Both the position numbers and the translations under genes were made by a program. The notes under the pieces were generated by a model. The model saw only the letters and a list, made by a program, of their open reading frames with translations. It made no database searches and had not been told where the DNA came from. From Candidatus Eiseniibacteriota bacterium (GTDB taxonomy: Bacteria; Eisenbacteria; RBG-16-71-46; JAFGJU01): DNA of 64,000 nucleotides. The stretch lies in the NCBI GenBank assembly GCA_020349905.1, contig CP070702.1:1900047-1964046 (forward strand), written 5' to 3'. Position 1 is the stretch's first letter, and each line of letters starts with the position of its first letter. Shown here in pieces: positions 37,997-47,859 of the stretch.

Positions 37997-39409
37997 CTAG
38001 TCGCTCTCTTCGTCTCGCCCCTCACCCTCTCCCTTCTTCTCCTTCTTCTCTTCTCTTATGCGCTGACCGTCTTTCAAATCTCTCAACACCCTGAAAGGAC
38101 CCGTTACCACGCGGTCTTCTTCAGAGAGACCCTCCAAAATCTCTACCTCCGTCTCACTCATTATGCCTGTCTTGACAGGCACGAACTTGGCCTTCTCTTC
38201 CTCCACGGTAAAGATACCCGTTATTTCCTCGACCTTCTCTTCCTCAGCGGTTGACACGGAGTCAGCCGCCTCCGCCTCCGGCTTCTCGCCCGCACCCGCT
38301 TCTACATCTGTCGTCTCGTCGGCCGCGGAATCCGGCTCTTCACCGGCCGTCTTCTGTTTCGTCCCGTCCCTCTTCTTTCCCAGCTTCTTGTCCTTGTCGC
38401 GCTCTGATATCCACTTCTCCACGGTCTTCTTCTCTCGCACTACGATGGCCTGGATAGGGACCTTCAAGGCGTCGGTGTGAGTTGCGGTTTCTATCTCGGC
38501 GTCCGCGGTCATCCCGGGCTTCAGATTCTCTATCCCGGGCTCAAGCGTGAGCTTGACCTCGAAGTCGGTGGCGGTACCTTCGGCACCTGCCGACGCTCGC
38601 TTTCCGGAACTGCCTATTTCCACGACGGTCGCCTCGAAGACGGTGTCCGGAAACGCGTCAACGAAGATCTTGGCCTTCTGTCCCTTTCTCACGCTGACCA
38701 CGTCGGTCTCGTCCACCGCACATTCCACCTGCATGTGCGCCAGGTCCGCCACGGTCATTATGACGGTGCCGGGGACGTTCATCGTACCGACGACCACGAT
38801 CTCACCTTCTTCGACGTTGAGCTCGGAGACCACGCCGGACTGAGGAGCAACAAACGTCGTCTTACTCAGGTTGTCTTCCGCTATGTTGAGAGCAGCCCTG
38901 GCCTCGGCAATCCTCTCTGCCGCGGCCTCAACCTCCGCCTCCTGAACGTCGTACTGAGTCCTTGCGGCCTCGAGCTCCTCGTCCGAGGCCAGACCCCTTT
39001 CAGACAGGGCCTTCTTGCGTTCGTAGACAGACCTGATCTGTTTCAATGAGGCCACGGCAAGTCGGTGGCTGGCTTCGGCGGTTCTCAGCGTGGCCCGCCT
39101 CTGCTCCACCTGCGCCAGATACTCTGACTTGTCCAGCTGCAGCAGCAGCTGACCCTGCTCGACGGGGTCTCCTTCCTTGACCGCAAGGTTCACTATCTCG
39201 GCGGGCACGCTGGCGCTTATCTGCACCTCCTTCTCAGGTCTTATGCTGCCGGGGGCACGCACGGTCGAAGTTATGCTGCCGACGCTAACGTCTGCTGCCT
39301 GGATCTTAAGGCCCTTATCAGAACTGCGCCCCATGTTCCCAAGGACGATCAGCAGCACCACGGCCGCGACCCCTCCCACAATCAATATGATCTTACGCTT
39401 TCGACTCAT
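37997..39409 (-). CDS. HlyD/MacA-type periplasmic adaptor subunit with an acidic low-complexity insertion
   Basis: N-terminal TM anchor, long coiled-coil hairpin ('[20 protein letters not shown]...'), lipoyl/beta-barrel segments; ~75-aa D/E/K-rich insertion before the final membrane-proximal domain. Confidence 0.8.
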   Translation of the reverse strand: MSRKRKIILIVGGVAAVVLLIVLGNMGRSSDKGLKIQAADVSVGSITSTVRAPGSIRPEKEVQISASVPAEIVNLAVKEGDPVEQGQLLLQLDKSEYLAQVEQRRATLRTAEASHRLAVASLKQIRSVYERKKALSERGLASDEELEAARTQYDVQEAEVEAAAERIAEARAALNIAEDNLSKTTFVAPQSGVVSELNVEEGEIVVVGTMNVPGTVIMTVADLAHMQVECAVDETDVVSVRKGQKAKIFVDAFPDTVFEATVVEIGSSGKRASAGAEGTATDFEVKLTLEPGIENLKPGMTADAEIETATHTDALKVPIQAIVVREKKTVEKWISERDKDKKLGKKRDGTKQKTAGEEPDSAADETTDVEAGAGEKPEAEAADSVSTAEEEKVEEITGIFTVEEEKAKFVPVKTGIMSETEVEILEGLSEEDRVVTGPFRVLRDLKDGQRIREEKKEKKGEGEGRDEESD

Positions 39410-39436
39410 ATCTACTGCGCCTCCGTTACAGCACCG

Positions 39437-40798
39437 CTAATGGACCGGCTCTCCCGTAGCTTTCTCGAGCAACGCTTCGGCCACTCTGAGGCTCGCCAGC
39501 GCCTCCACGTGAGAATTCCTGGCCCTGGAAAGACTTACCTCGGCGTCAAGCAGCTCCAGCATTGTTCCGGAACCCACGTCGTATCTCTCGCGCGAAAGCC
39601 TGTAGTCCTCCTCCGCGCTTTCCAATCCGCTCTTGGAAGCCGCGATCCTCCTCGTGGCCTCTTCGAGTATCAGCAGGGCCTCCTTGACTTCCAGGGCCGC
39701 CTGCAGCTCCGTATCTCTAAGCTGGTTTTCGGCCATCGCCGCACGCGCGGTGGCCTGCCGGATACCGGCACTAGTGCTCAGACCGTCGAATATGGGTAGG
39801 TCGACGCCCAGTCTCACGTTCCATGCGTAGTTCTTACTGTGAGAATCCCAGGTTTCGGGAAAGGTGTTGTCCGACCAACTGTATTGCAGGCTGGAATAGA
39901 GGCTCGGAAATCTGGCTGCCTTGGAAGCGAACCTTGACGCGTTGGCTCCCTTCAGGTCCTCCCTGGCAGCCAGCACGTCCGGCCTGCGCTTCAGTGCGAG
40001 AGACAACGGTGCCTCCACCTCCACGCCAGGCAACTCCGCCCCGAGGTCTTCCACTATCTGAATTGGAGTATCCACCGACAACCCCATCAGCTTCGCCAGC
40101 CGTGAGCGCTCCAGCTTCACCCTGTTCTCAGCAGCGATCAACTCCAGCTCGCTCTGCGACACGCGCACCTTCGCTTTGAGAACGTCTCCCTTCGCCACGG
40201 AGCCCACCTCGAACATGGCGTTGGCCCTGCGCAACTCGTCCTGGCTGAGTTCCATGGCCGCCTGGCTCACTTCTGCGAGCTTCGTCGCCTTCAGAAGTTC
40301 GTAGAACTGTGCCTTGACCTGGTAGGCCACCGACTGTCTCGCCAGCTCCAGAGAATAGCGAGCGGCCCGGACGGAATGGTTCGCGCTGGAGACGTTGGCC
40401 CAGTCCCTGACGTTCAGGAGATTTTGGGTTGCCTGGATGTTGTACGAATAGGTGTCGGAAGAGAGCCTGTCGGTTTCGAACGTCCAGTCGAACTCCGCCA
40501 CATAGAATTCCTGAGGGCCCTGGATGCGCCTAGCGAAACTGCCGCCGGAACTTACGTGGGGAGCAAAACTGCTGATTGCTCCGAGCTGGGCCCCCTCCGA
40601 CTCCCTCACGCCTTCGCGCGCGTTGATGATGGAGAAGTTCCTGCCCAGCGCTATGTTCACGCAGTCCCGGACGGTGAGCGGACCTTCTGGCAACGAGGAA
40701 TCTAAAGCCGGCACAGCCCCCGCCAGCCCTGACGAGACAATCCCACACGAGAGAATGAACAGAGAGAGGAATACGGAAACGCGCACTCTAAGGCACAT
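39437..40798 (-). CDS. TolC-family outer-membrane efflux channel
   Basis: Two internal repeats with coiled-coil/beta segments; start set to ATG 40798 (MCLRVRVSVFLSLFILSCG, AGGAGG RBS 7 nt upstream). Confidence 0.8.
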   Translation of the reverse strand: MCLRVRVSVFLSLFILSCGIVSSGLAGAVPALDSSLPEGPLTVRDCVNIALGRNFSIINAREGVRESEGAQLGAISSFAPHVSSGGSFARRIQGPQEFYVAEFDWTFETDRLSSDTYSYNIQATQNLLNVRDWANVSSANHSVRAARYSLELARQSVAYQVKAQFYELLKATKLAEVSQAAMELSQDELRRANAMFEVGSVAKGDVLKAKVRVSQSELELIAAENRVKLERSRLAKLMGLSVDTPIQIVEDLGAELPGVEVEAPLSLALKRRPDVLAAREDLKGANASRFASKAARFPSLYSSLQYSWSDNTFPETWDSHSKNYAWNVRLGVDLPIFDGLSTSAGIRQATARAAMAENQLRDTELQAALEVKEALLILEEATRRIAASKSGLESAEEDYRLSRERYDVGSGTMLELLDAEVSLSRARNSHVEALASLRVAEALLEKATGEPVH

Positions 40799-40921
40799 CA
40801 AAATCCCTCCTGGCGGTAGTGTCATGAACTTGAGGACCCGCGGTCGCAGTATGCTTCCTACCGCTCCTATATACGCCCGACCGGTGCCGCTGGTTTCAGC
40901 CCCTGACAAACTTGCAGCCCG

Positions 40922-41722
40922 CTACCTCTGCATGAGCGCCCCAACCGCGGAGCTGCCCAGAAGCCAGATCACCCAGAGGACACCCACGGTATAGTATGAC
41001 TTGGGCCTCGAGAACTTGAAGATGACGGAGAGCCCGATGGCTAGAAGGATAACCTCCCACACGTTGAACACGTCGACCTGAGCCAGGAAATTGTATGAAA
41101 AGCGCTGCCCGAAGCCGGCCCCCGGTTCTGGAGAGGAAACGAGCAGGCCCAGACCGGCATGCACTTGCGTGGTCTTCTTAATCAGCTGAAGCGGCACCTT
41201 GACTATGGCGCCAGGCAGAATGACCATGGCCGCGTGAGCCATGACGGAAAAGGTCCTGGAGAAAGTCGACTGCCCGCCCAGAATCAGAGCACACACAAAA
41301 TGCAGAACCGCCGCCACCACAAGGACCGCAAGAGGGATCAACACAACCGGACTCAATACGGCAAGGAAGAACATGATCTTGCTGTCGAAGAACTGAGTCG
41401 CCCTCTCGAGTTGCTCCTCGGTCATTCCCTGCTGTTCGAACCGCTTCTCCATCTGCTCCCGCTGCTCGGGAATCGTGACGGGAGTGAAGATGATCCAGGA
41501 GCTGATTGCGGTAACCAACACACAGATGAGCAGCGGGGCCAGCCAACCGGGACGCTTATCGAGCGTCTGGAAGACTTCGGTAGGGGAAAAGAGAACGCGT
41601 ATCGCTCTTCCTAAGGATTCACCCATGCCCCCGGTCCCCTCCTCTCTGAGGCCAGTTCCAGTGAGGTCACTCATCGTATCCTCCTTGTCTGCGTGGTCGC
41701 ACGTTCCCACACGGCTTGCCAC
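40922..41722 (-). CDS. Yip1-domain membrane protein (start uncertain, possibly internal ATG near 41626-41674)
   Basis: 'LGRAIRVLFSPTEVFQTL' followed by five TM helices in Yip1/DUF1282 arrangement. Confidence 0.55.
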   Translation of the reverse strand: MASRVGTCDHADKEDTMSDLTGTGLREEGTGGMGESLGRAIRVLFSPTEVFQTLDKRPGWLAPLLICVLVTAISSWIIFTPVTIPEQREQMEKRFEQQGMTEEQLERATQFFDSKIMFFLAVLSPVVLIPLAVLVVAAVLHFVCALILGGQSTFSRTFSVMAHAAMVILPGAIVKVPLQLIKKTTQVHAGLGLLVSSPEPGAGFGQRFSYNFLAQVDVFNVWEVILLAIGLSVIFKFSRPKSYYTVGVLWVIWLLGSSAVGALMQR

Positions 41723-41740
41723 TCGAAGGGCTCAAGAATG

Positions 41741-41781
41741 CCCCAGAAAACTCAAAGAGGCAGTGTGACACCCACACTGCC
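41741..41781 (-). terminator. Putative rho-independent terminator after tonB
   Basis: 9-bp perfect stem GGCAGTGTG/CACACTGCC with 5-nt loop followed on the minus strand by TCTTTGAGTTTTCT. Confidence 0.45.
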
Positions 41782-41859
41782 CCGTTCATCTCAGGTCGCT
41801 CGATTCCCCAAGCTGACACTCGCCGGCTGCTTGACCAACGGGCGCCTACGTCCCGTCTC

Positions 41860-42477
41860 TCAGTCAAGGGTGAAGCGGAAGGGAATGACAATCCTACACT
41901 TCACGGCAACGTCCCGCTGTTTTGCGGGCTTGAAGAGGAACTTCTTAGCAGCCTCCAACGCCGCCTGGTTGAGACTCTCTATCGTGTCGCTGGCCACCAC
42001 GCGGGCGGATATCACTCGACCGGTTTCGTCGATTGTCACCTCTACCTGGACAACTCCCTCCGCCTCGGCCTCAGACGCAAGCTCTGGATACTGGGGACTC
42101 ACGCTTCTTATCACCTGGGGCGGCGAGTCGTAAGCGAAAAAGACCTCCGGCATGTCGGGCTGCGAAGGGATGACGGGGGGCTCAAAGGGGTTGAACTCCG
42201 TAGGGGCGATCGTTTCCTCTTCGCTGACGTCGTCCGATATCTCGGCTTCCTGGGGAAGCTGAGGCCGTTCTATCTCCTCGGGAGGCGGCGGAATCTCTAT
42301 GTTGTCAGGCAGATTCAGAACCTCCATCTTCCGCTCCTTCAAAGTGTAAGGACGCGGCACGTAAGGAGGCGAAAAGTAGAAGATTGCAGCGTGGATGAGC
42401 ACCGCGCCGGCCAGCGCCACCTCCAAATACTTGGTGTACTTCTTCTTAAACATGGCGTTCGCCGTAGGACTCATCAT
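41860..42477 (-). CDS. tonB: Energy transducer TonB
   Basis: N-terminal TM, proline-rich spacer 'PPPPEEIERPQLPQE', C-terminal TonB domain 'GVVQVEVTIDETGRVISARVV...VIPFRFTL'. Confidence 0.8.
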   Translation of the reverse strand: MMSPTANAMFKKKYTKYLEVALAGAVLIHAAIFYFSPPYVPRPYTLKERKMEVLNLPDNIEIPPPPEEIERPQLPQEAEISDDVSEEETIAPTEFNPFEPPVIPSQPDMPEVFFAYDSPPQVIRSVSPQYPELASEAEAEGVVQVEVTIDETGRVISARVVASDTIESLNQAALEAAKKFLFKPAKQRDVAVKCRIVIPFRFTLD

Positions 42478-42893
42478 CGTTCCTTCCCACCTCCTGTCTT
42501 CTTGGGGGCCGTGAAGGAAACTCGCAACGCATTAGCGTTCTTCAAGTACTCCATGGCGTCAGAAACCACGCTGTACGGACATCTCGTGTCCGTGTTGAAG
42601 GCAACTATGAGCGAGGGATTCCTGCTCAACTTGTCGGCAATGATGGGCTCGATGTCGGGAAGTGAAATCAGGTTATCATCGATGGAAACACTTCCGAGGG
42701 CATCGATCCATATCCGCGCGGAGTTCTCCCTCGGAACCTTCTCTCCGGCCTCCGAGCGAGGAAGCCTGACGGGGAGGCCTGCCTCCATCCGAAAGATAAC
42801 CGTGGACATGAAGAATATCAGGAGCAACATCGCAATGTCGCCCATCGAAGCCGTCGGAATCCGGCTCGCAATTCTCAGTCTTCGTCCTGCCAT
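42474..42893 (-). CDS. exbD: Biopolymer transport protein ExbD/TolR
   Basis: Single TM 'IAMLLLIFFMSTVIF' then ExbD periplasmic domain; 4-nt overlap with tonB. Confidence 0.85.
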   Translation of the reverse strand: MAGRRLRIASRIPTASMGDIAMLLLIFFMSTVIFRMEAGLPVRLPRSEAGEKVPRENSARIWIDALGSVSIDDNLISLPDIEPIIADKLSRNPSLIVAFNTDTRCPYSVVSDAMEYLKNANALRVSFTAPKKTGGGKER

Positions 42894-42920
42894 TTGACAA
42901 TACTCCTGCCGGGATTACCG

Positions 42921-43328
42921 CTAGTCCGCTTTCAAGGCTCGCAAGGAGAATCGGGTCGCATTGGCCAGTTTGAGCTGGTCCAGCACACTAACCATGACCC
43001 CGTATTCACATCTCGGATGTGTCTCGAGAGAGATAACCAGCTTGTCGTTTTCGGCTATCCTCATCCTCACCTCATCCTCGATGTCCTCGATCGCGATGGG
43101 CTGCTTATCGATCGTGACATTCCCATACTCGTCCGCCACGATACGGGCAACGTTCTTCACGTTGACTTTCACTATCTTCGACCCCTTGGTCGGAAGAAGA
43201 ACGGTGAGTCCCTCCTCCATGCTGAAGACAGTGGTGGCGATGAAGAATATGAGAAGCAGGAACGCCACGTCCGCGGTCGAGGCCAGCGGAATCTCCGGCG
43301 CATCTCTCTTTTTCTTCTTGAATACCAT
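42921..43328 (-). CDS. exbD: Biopolymer transport protein ExbD/TolR (second copy)
   Basis: 'VAFLLLIFFIATTVF' TM and ExbD domain. Confidence 0.85.
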   Translation of the reverse strand: MVFKKKKRDAPEIPLASTADVAFLLLIFFIATTVFSMEEGLTVLLPTKGSKIVKVNVKNVARIVADEYGNVTIDKQPIAIEDIEDEVRMRIAENDKLVISLETHPRCEYGVMVSVLDQLKLANATRFSLRALKAD

Positions 43329-43349
43329 TGGCTCTAGCCCTCTACGTCT

Positions 43350-44192
43350 CTATTCCGAAGCGGCCTGACGGGCGCTGGCGGCAGCCAGAGCGTCCAGAAG
43401 GTCGGCGCTCGACTCTTCCATCTCAACCGTGAACCTGTCGATCTTCGACACGAAGAAGTTGTAGGCGGCCTGCGTCGGAATTGCGATGATGAGACCCGTG
43501 GCCGTCGTGATAAGCGCCTCGGAGATACCGGACGCGACCAGCTTGGCGCTTACCTGCTCGGCAGCTGCAATGGCCTCGAAGGCGTGTATCATTCCAGACA
43601 CCGTGCCGAGAAAGCCCACCAGAGGGGCAATGTTCGCAACGGTCGCCAGCCATATCAGCCCTCTCTCGAGGAAGGAAGTCTCAATCGAGGCCGCGGTTTC
43701 GATCGCCTTCTCGACAGCATCAGAACCCTTCTCCACCTTCAACAGGCCGGCGTGAAGCACGGCGGCAATCGGGCCCTTGGTCTTCTCGAGCATCGTGCGC
43801 GACGCGTCTGCACCGTCCGACTTGAAAGTCCTGAGCAGATTAGCCATGAGCCTCTTCGTGTCGGTGGTCGCCTTGCTGAGCGTGAAGACTCTCTCCAGAA
43901 TGACCGCCACTCCCAGGATGGAGAGTATGAGCAGGGCGTGCATGAACACCCCGCCCCTATCGTAGAGGTCTACCACACCGCTTCGCTTCATCCTGTCGAG
44001 CCAAGTCTCTTCCACGTCCTCGACAAACGGAGCCGTTTCCTCTATCAAGGCAGTGTCGCTCTCGGCGGCCGCAGTGTCACCCATGATGGGGGTCGTTTCG
44101 GGCTCTTCCTGGGCGCTGGACGAAAACAGAAAAGCAGACAGGCCAACACTCACACACACAAGCAACAAGACCGCGAACCTTCTCTTCGACAT
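43350..44192 (-). CDS. exbB: MotA/TolQ/ExbB proton-channel family protein
   Basis: Signal/TM then conserved C-terminal 'IAPLVGFLGTVSGMIHAFEAIA...ISEALITTATGLIIAIP'. Confidence 0.85.
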   Translation of the reverse strand: MSKRRFAVLLLVCVSVGLSAFLFSSSAQEEPETTPIMGDTAAAESDTALIEETAPFVEDVEETWLDRMKRSGVVDLYDRGGVFMHALLILSILGVAVILERVFTLSKATTDTKRLMANLLRTFKSDGADASRTMLEKTKGPIAAVLHAGLLKVEKGSDAVEKAIETAASIETSFLERGLIWLATVANIAPLVGFLGTVSGMIHAFEAIAAAEQVSAKLVASGISEALITTATGLIIAIPTQAAYNFFVSKIDRFTVEMEESSADLLDALAAASARQAASE

Positions 44193-44490
44193 GAAACTAA
44201 CTCCTTCCTAAACCATCCAGCCAGAACACGTTGGGAATATCTCAAGGGTAGCGGTGAAGACCTCTCAGGCTCCACCCCCTCTCATTTCCCGGGAAAAAAA
44301 TCGCGCCGCAGGGCAGCCTCGTCTCGCAAGAAGCCGGTTACACACGGCACCACTTTGGAGTCTAAGTCCGCCCGCACAAGTTGTCAATACTTTTTTGTGC
44401 CGCCTCCCGTCCCCTGCCGGAGCACGGAATCCCCCTATCCTGTTGTGCGTTCAGCCACAAAGCTCCAGGCACTCTCTTCGTCTTCGGCTC

Positions 44491-45792
44491 TTAAGGTCCC
44501 AGACGGTGGAGCATCCTGGGGAACGGAATGGCCTCCCGAACGTGCTCTATCCCACATATCCAGGCCACCGTCCGCTCCAGCCCCAGACCGAATCCCGAGT
44601 GCTCAACGCTGCCGTATCTTCTGAGGTCCAGGTACCACTCGAAGGCCTCGCGGGGAAGCCCTGCCTTCTTCACCTTCTCCTCCAGGACCTCCAGGCTGTC
44701 CTCTCTCTGCCCGCCCCCTATGATCTCACCGTATCCCTCCGGAGCTAGCAGGTCCACCGAGAGCGTGGTACGGGGGTCGTCTGGTGAGGACTTCATGTAA
44801 AAGGCCTTACATTCTGAAGGGAAGTATCGGACGAACACGGGCCTATCGTAGGACTTGGAGAGTTCTGCTTCCTCGACGGCCCCGAAGTCGTCGCCCCATT
44901 TGATGTCTAACCCCTTAGATTTGAGCACGTCGACCGCGTCCCCGTAGGTCACACGGGGGAAGGGAATCTCTATCTGCTCCAGGGCCTCGAGGCTGCGACC
45001 CAGCGTCTCCAGCGCATCCCTGCGTTGTTCCAGAACGCTCCTCACGACAAAAGCAACGAGCTCCTCTCCGAGAGTCGTCACGTCGTCCAGCGTGGCGAAG
45101 GCCACCTCGGGTTCCAGCATCCAGAACTCTATGAGATGCCTTCTGGTCTTTGAGCGCTCTGCCCTGAACGTGGGACCGAGGCAGTATACCTTGCCGAAAG
45201 CCATGGCGGCCGCCTCCATGTACAGCTGACCGCTCTGGCTGAGATAGGCCAAGGAGCCGAAGTAGTCGGTCTGAAAAAGGGTCGTCGTGCCTTCGCACGC
45301 CGCGGGGGTCAAGATGGGAGCGTCTATCAGCATGAAACCGCGAGAGTCCAGAAAGTCCCTGCAGGCCTTCTCCACGCAGCTGCGTACCGAGAGAACGGCA
45401 TGCTGGCGCGAAGACCGCAACCAGAGGTGCCTGCGGTCCAGAAGGAACGACACCCCGTGCTCCTTGGGCGTGAGGGGATAATCCGAAGAAAGGTGAACGA
45501 TCTGAAGCTCGGACAGGACCATCTCGTAGCCACCCGGGGCCCTGCGCTCTTCGCGGACGGTGCCCTTCGCTATGAGAGAACTCTCCTGGGTGAGCTCTTC
45601 ACACCTTGCGAACATCTCGTCCCCTACAGACGCCTTGTCCGCGATCACCTGAATCGTTCCCGTGCCGTCCCTCACGAGCAGGAAATACAGCTTTCCGCTG
45701 GACCTCTTGTTATAGAGCCACCCGCGTATCTCCACGTCCCGGGAGACGAACCCGGCGATCTCGCTGATGTAGGCCTTCATGATTGTTCTCAC
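44491..45792 (-). CDS. asnS: Asparagine--tRNA ligase
   Basis: 433 aa; N-terminal OB-fold '[29 protein letters not shown]', class II aaRS motifs ('FRAERS', '[10 protein letters not shown]'). Confidence 0.9.
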   Translation of the reverse strand: MRTIMKAYISEIAGFVSRDVEIRGWLYNKRSSGKLYFLLVRDGTGTIQVIADKASVGDEMFARCEELTQESSLIAKGTVREERRAPGGYEMVLSELQIVHLSSDYPLTPKEHGVSFLLDRRHLWLRSSRQHAVLSVRSCVEKACRDFLDSRGFMLIDAPILTPAACEGTTTLFQTDYFGSLAYLSQSGQLYMEAAAMAFGKVYCLGPTFRAERSKTRRHLIEFWMLEPEVAFATLDDVTTLGEELVAFVVRSVLEQRRDALETLGRSLEALEQIEIPFPRVTYGDAVDVLKSKGLDIKWGDDFGAVEEAELSKSYDRPVFVRYFPSECKAFYMKSSPDDPRTTLSVDLLAPEGYGEIIGGGQREDSLEVLEEKVKKAGLPREAFEWYLDLRRYGSVEHSGFGLGLERTVAWICGIEHVREAIPFPRMLHRLGP

Positions 45793-45877
45793 CTCGTTAT
45801 GTTATCAGAGAACATTACTTTCCCTTCGACCTCACGTCAACGAAAAACTGGGCGCAGCATCGCGCAGAGCTTTTCTC

Positions 45878-45906
45878 TTGACACGCCTGTGCCCACCGAA
45901 TAGCTT
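45878..45906 (+). promoter_or_regulatory. Possible sigma70-type promoter for the plus-strand TPR/zinc-ribbon gene
   Basis: TTGACA-17 nt-TAGCTT about 30 nt upstream of a strong RBS (GAAGGAGG) and ATG 45940. Confidence 0.35.
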
Positions 45907-45939
45907 CGTGTTGATTCTAGACGTGAAAGAAGGAGGAAT

Positions 45940-47859
45940 ATGTCGAGGGGGATCCTGACTGCCCTTTTTTTTGCAGCGTTCGCGCTCTCTACGTCGGTCT
46001 CTCTGTCCCTTCCTGCCGGCGGGCAGCCCATCGGCGCTACGGCAGGCGATCCCCTTTCCGAAGAAGTGCTCACCTCCCGGGCAGAGTTGAGACTTAACAA
46101 CGGAATTCCGTCTCTTCCCCCTGACGCTCACGCCTACTACAAGCTGGGAATCGAGGAAAGGAAGCTCGGTAACTCCTCGAGAGCCATCCTGGCATTTCGC
46201 GCCGCTTCGGAGTCCGACCCCTACTTTCTGGACCCGCACTTCTCCCTGTTCAGGGCGTTCCTCTTTCGTGACCCGGGGCAGGCCATGGCCGAGCTCTCTG
46301 CTGCTGCTCGAATAGTGCGGCGTGACTTCGTGGCCCAGTACTTCTTCCTCAAGAACACGGCCGTCATGGGGTGGATTGCTCTGCTCATGTCCGTGGCGCT
46401 TCTGACAGCGTCTGCATGTTTGAGGCACGTAACAAGGCTAAAGCACGCGCTCTCCGAGCGCCTCGCACTCCAGATTCCCTCCAGGGCGGCGGGCGTGCTC
46501 GCATTTCTGGCTATTCTTCAGCCGTTCCTCTGGGGCCTGGGCGTTGCGGGAACGGTGCTCTGTTACAGCGGCGCTCTGTGGAGATGCCTCAGCAGGAGAG
46601 AGAGGTTCTTCGCGGTGACACTTCTTCTCCTGGCAGTGACCACCCCCTTCGTTTCGGGCGCGGTGGCTTCCAGGTTTCCTCCGTTGGACGGGGGCTCCCC
46701 CACGCTCATTTCGTACATGGCTCTGCACAGGGGATGGAGCGATGAACTCGAGAGGTCGCTGCGCGAGTCCCTCGAAGCCGCGCCTGAAGAGGCCGCTTAC
46801 CGCTTCGCTTACGGAACCATGGCGCGAAGAGCAGGCAAACTCGGGATTGCCAGAAAGGAGCTGGCGGCTGCCGTCGAGCTCTCGCCGGAGGACGCCATCT
46901 ATCTCAACAACCTGGGGAACGTCTATTTCAACCTGGGTGACCTGAACAGCGCTGAGGAGCTGTACGACAAGGCTACCCGGCTGAGACCCTCCCTGCCTGA
47001 ACCTCATTACAATCTGGCCCAGGTGTTCACGAAGAGGATGGCCTTTGAGAGGGCAAACGAAGAACTGGAACGTGCCAACAGCATAGATTCGGAACTCATA
47101 AGCGAGTTCTCCATGAACAGCCGGGAACAACTCAACCGAAGTGTTATCGACGCTTCTGTCTCCCCGCGCCGCTTCTGGAGAAGCCTGGCCCACGAAGGAA
47201 AGGACGCGACCTCGGCCGATGTATTGATGAGCGCCTCCGGGTACATCGGCATAGGCACACCCGAGAGGAGTGCCATCATCGTCGTCTTGTTCGCCGTGTG
47301 TGTCGTAAGCGGCTTCATGGTCTTCAGGAACTTCTACACATACAGATGCAGCAACTGCGGCAAGGTGGTTTGCAGAAAATGCCTGAAGCGAGTGCACCGC
47401 ACCATCTTCTGTGAGGCGTGCGGCTCCACGGCCGGCTCTCTGAAGTCAGAGGAATTCGCCAAGCTCCTCTTCACGAAGCAACTGAAGGCGGAGGCCAGAA
47501 AGACTCTGCCGGTGTCGTTGCCTTTGCGCCTGCTCTTTCCGGGTTTCGCGCTGGCCGAAAGAGGCGATTCCGTGAGGGGTTTTCTCCTGCTCCTCTGGAC
47601 CTCGGTAGCAGCCGTTTATCTCTGGGGACAAGGATATCTCTTCAACTATGTGCCTTCGCTGCACTATCAGCAGGAGTACGTTTTGAGGTACATCGTGATA
47701 GTGGCTCCTCTGCTCTTGTTACACGTGTTGGTGTTGGCTCACATTTCGCGTCAGTCGGCCTCGGCGCCAATGTCACTGAGAGTGTTGAAAGCCGAGGCGG
47801 ACAGGAAACGGGTGAAAGATGGCATTGCAGGGAAGCCTGGAAGACTTCAGTCTGGCTGA
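45940..47859 (+). CDS. Membrane protein with TPR repeats and a CxxC...CxxC zinc-ribbon between TM segments
   Basis: Signal/TM 'ILTALFFAAFALSTSVSL'; TPR-like 'AYYKLGIEERKLGNSSRAILAFRAASESDP', 'YLNNLGNVYFNLGDLNSAEELYDKA'; 'YRCSNCGKVVCRKCLKRVHRTIFCEACGS'; multiple TM. Confidence 0.65.
   Translation: MSRGILTALFFAAFALSTSVSLSLPAGGQPIGATAGDPLSEEVLTSRAELRLNNGIPSLPPDAHAYYKLGIEERKLGNSSRAILAFRAASESDPYFLDPHFSLFRAFLFRDPGQAMAELSAAARIVRRDFVAQYFFLKNTAVMGWIALLMSVALLTASACLRHVTRLKHALSERLALQIPSRAAGVLAFLAILQPFLWGLGVAGTVLCYSGALWRCLSRRERFFAVTLLLLAVTTPFVSGAVASRFPPLDGGSPTLISYMALHRGWSDELERSLRESLEAAPEEAAYRFAYGTMARRAGKLGIARKELAAAVELSPEDAIYLNNLGNVYFNLGDLNSAEELYDKATRLRPSLPEPHYNLAQVFTKRMAFERANEELERANSIDSELISEFSMNSREQLNRSVIDASVSPRRFWRSLAHEGKDATSADVLMSASGYIGIGTPERSAIIVVLFAVCVVSGFMVFRNFYTYRCSNCGKVVCRKCLKRVHRTIFCEACGSTAGSLKSEEFAKLLFTKQLKAEARKTLPVSLPLRLLFPGFALAERGDSVRGFLLLLWTSVAAVYLWGQGYLFNYVPSLHYQQEYVLRYIVIVAPLLLLHVLVLAHISRQSASAPMSLRVLKAEADRKRVKDGIAGKPGRLQSG

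Noticed and set aside
44193-44490. Possible ncRNA or terminator in the 298-bp exbB-asnS intergenic region
   Set aside because: There is a weak GC stem followed by A7/T7 at ~44288-44325. There is also a TTGACA-17-TAGACT promoter-like element at ~44359-44387 for exbB. Neither is strong enough to call. It is most simply the asnS terminator plus the exbB promoter.
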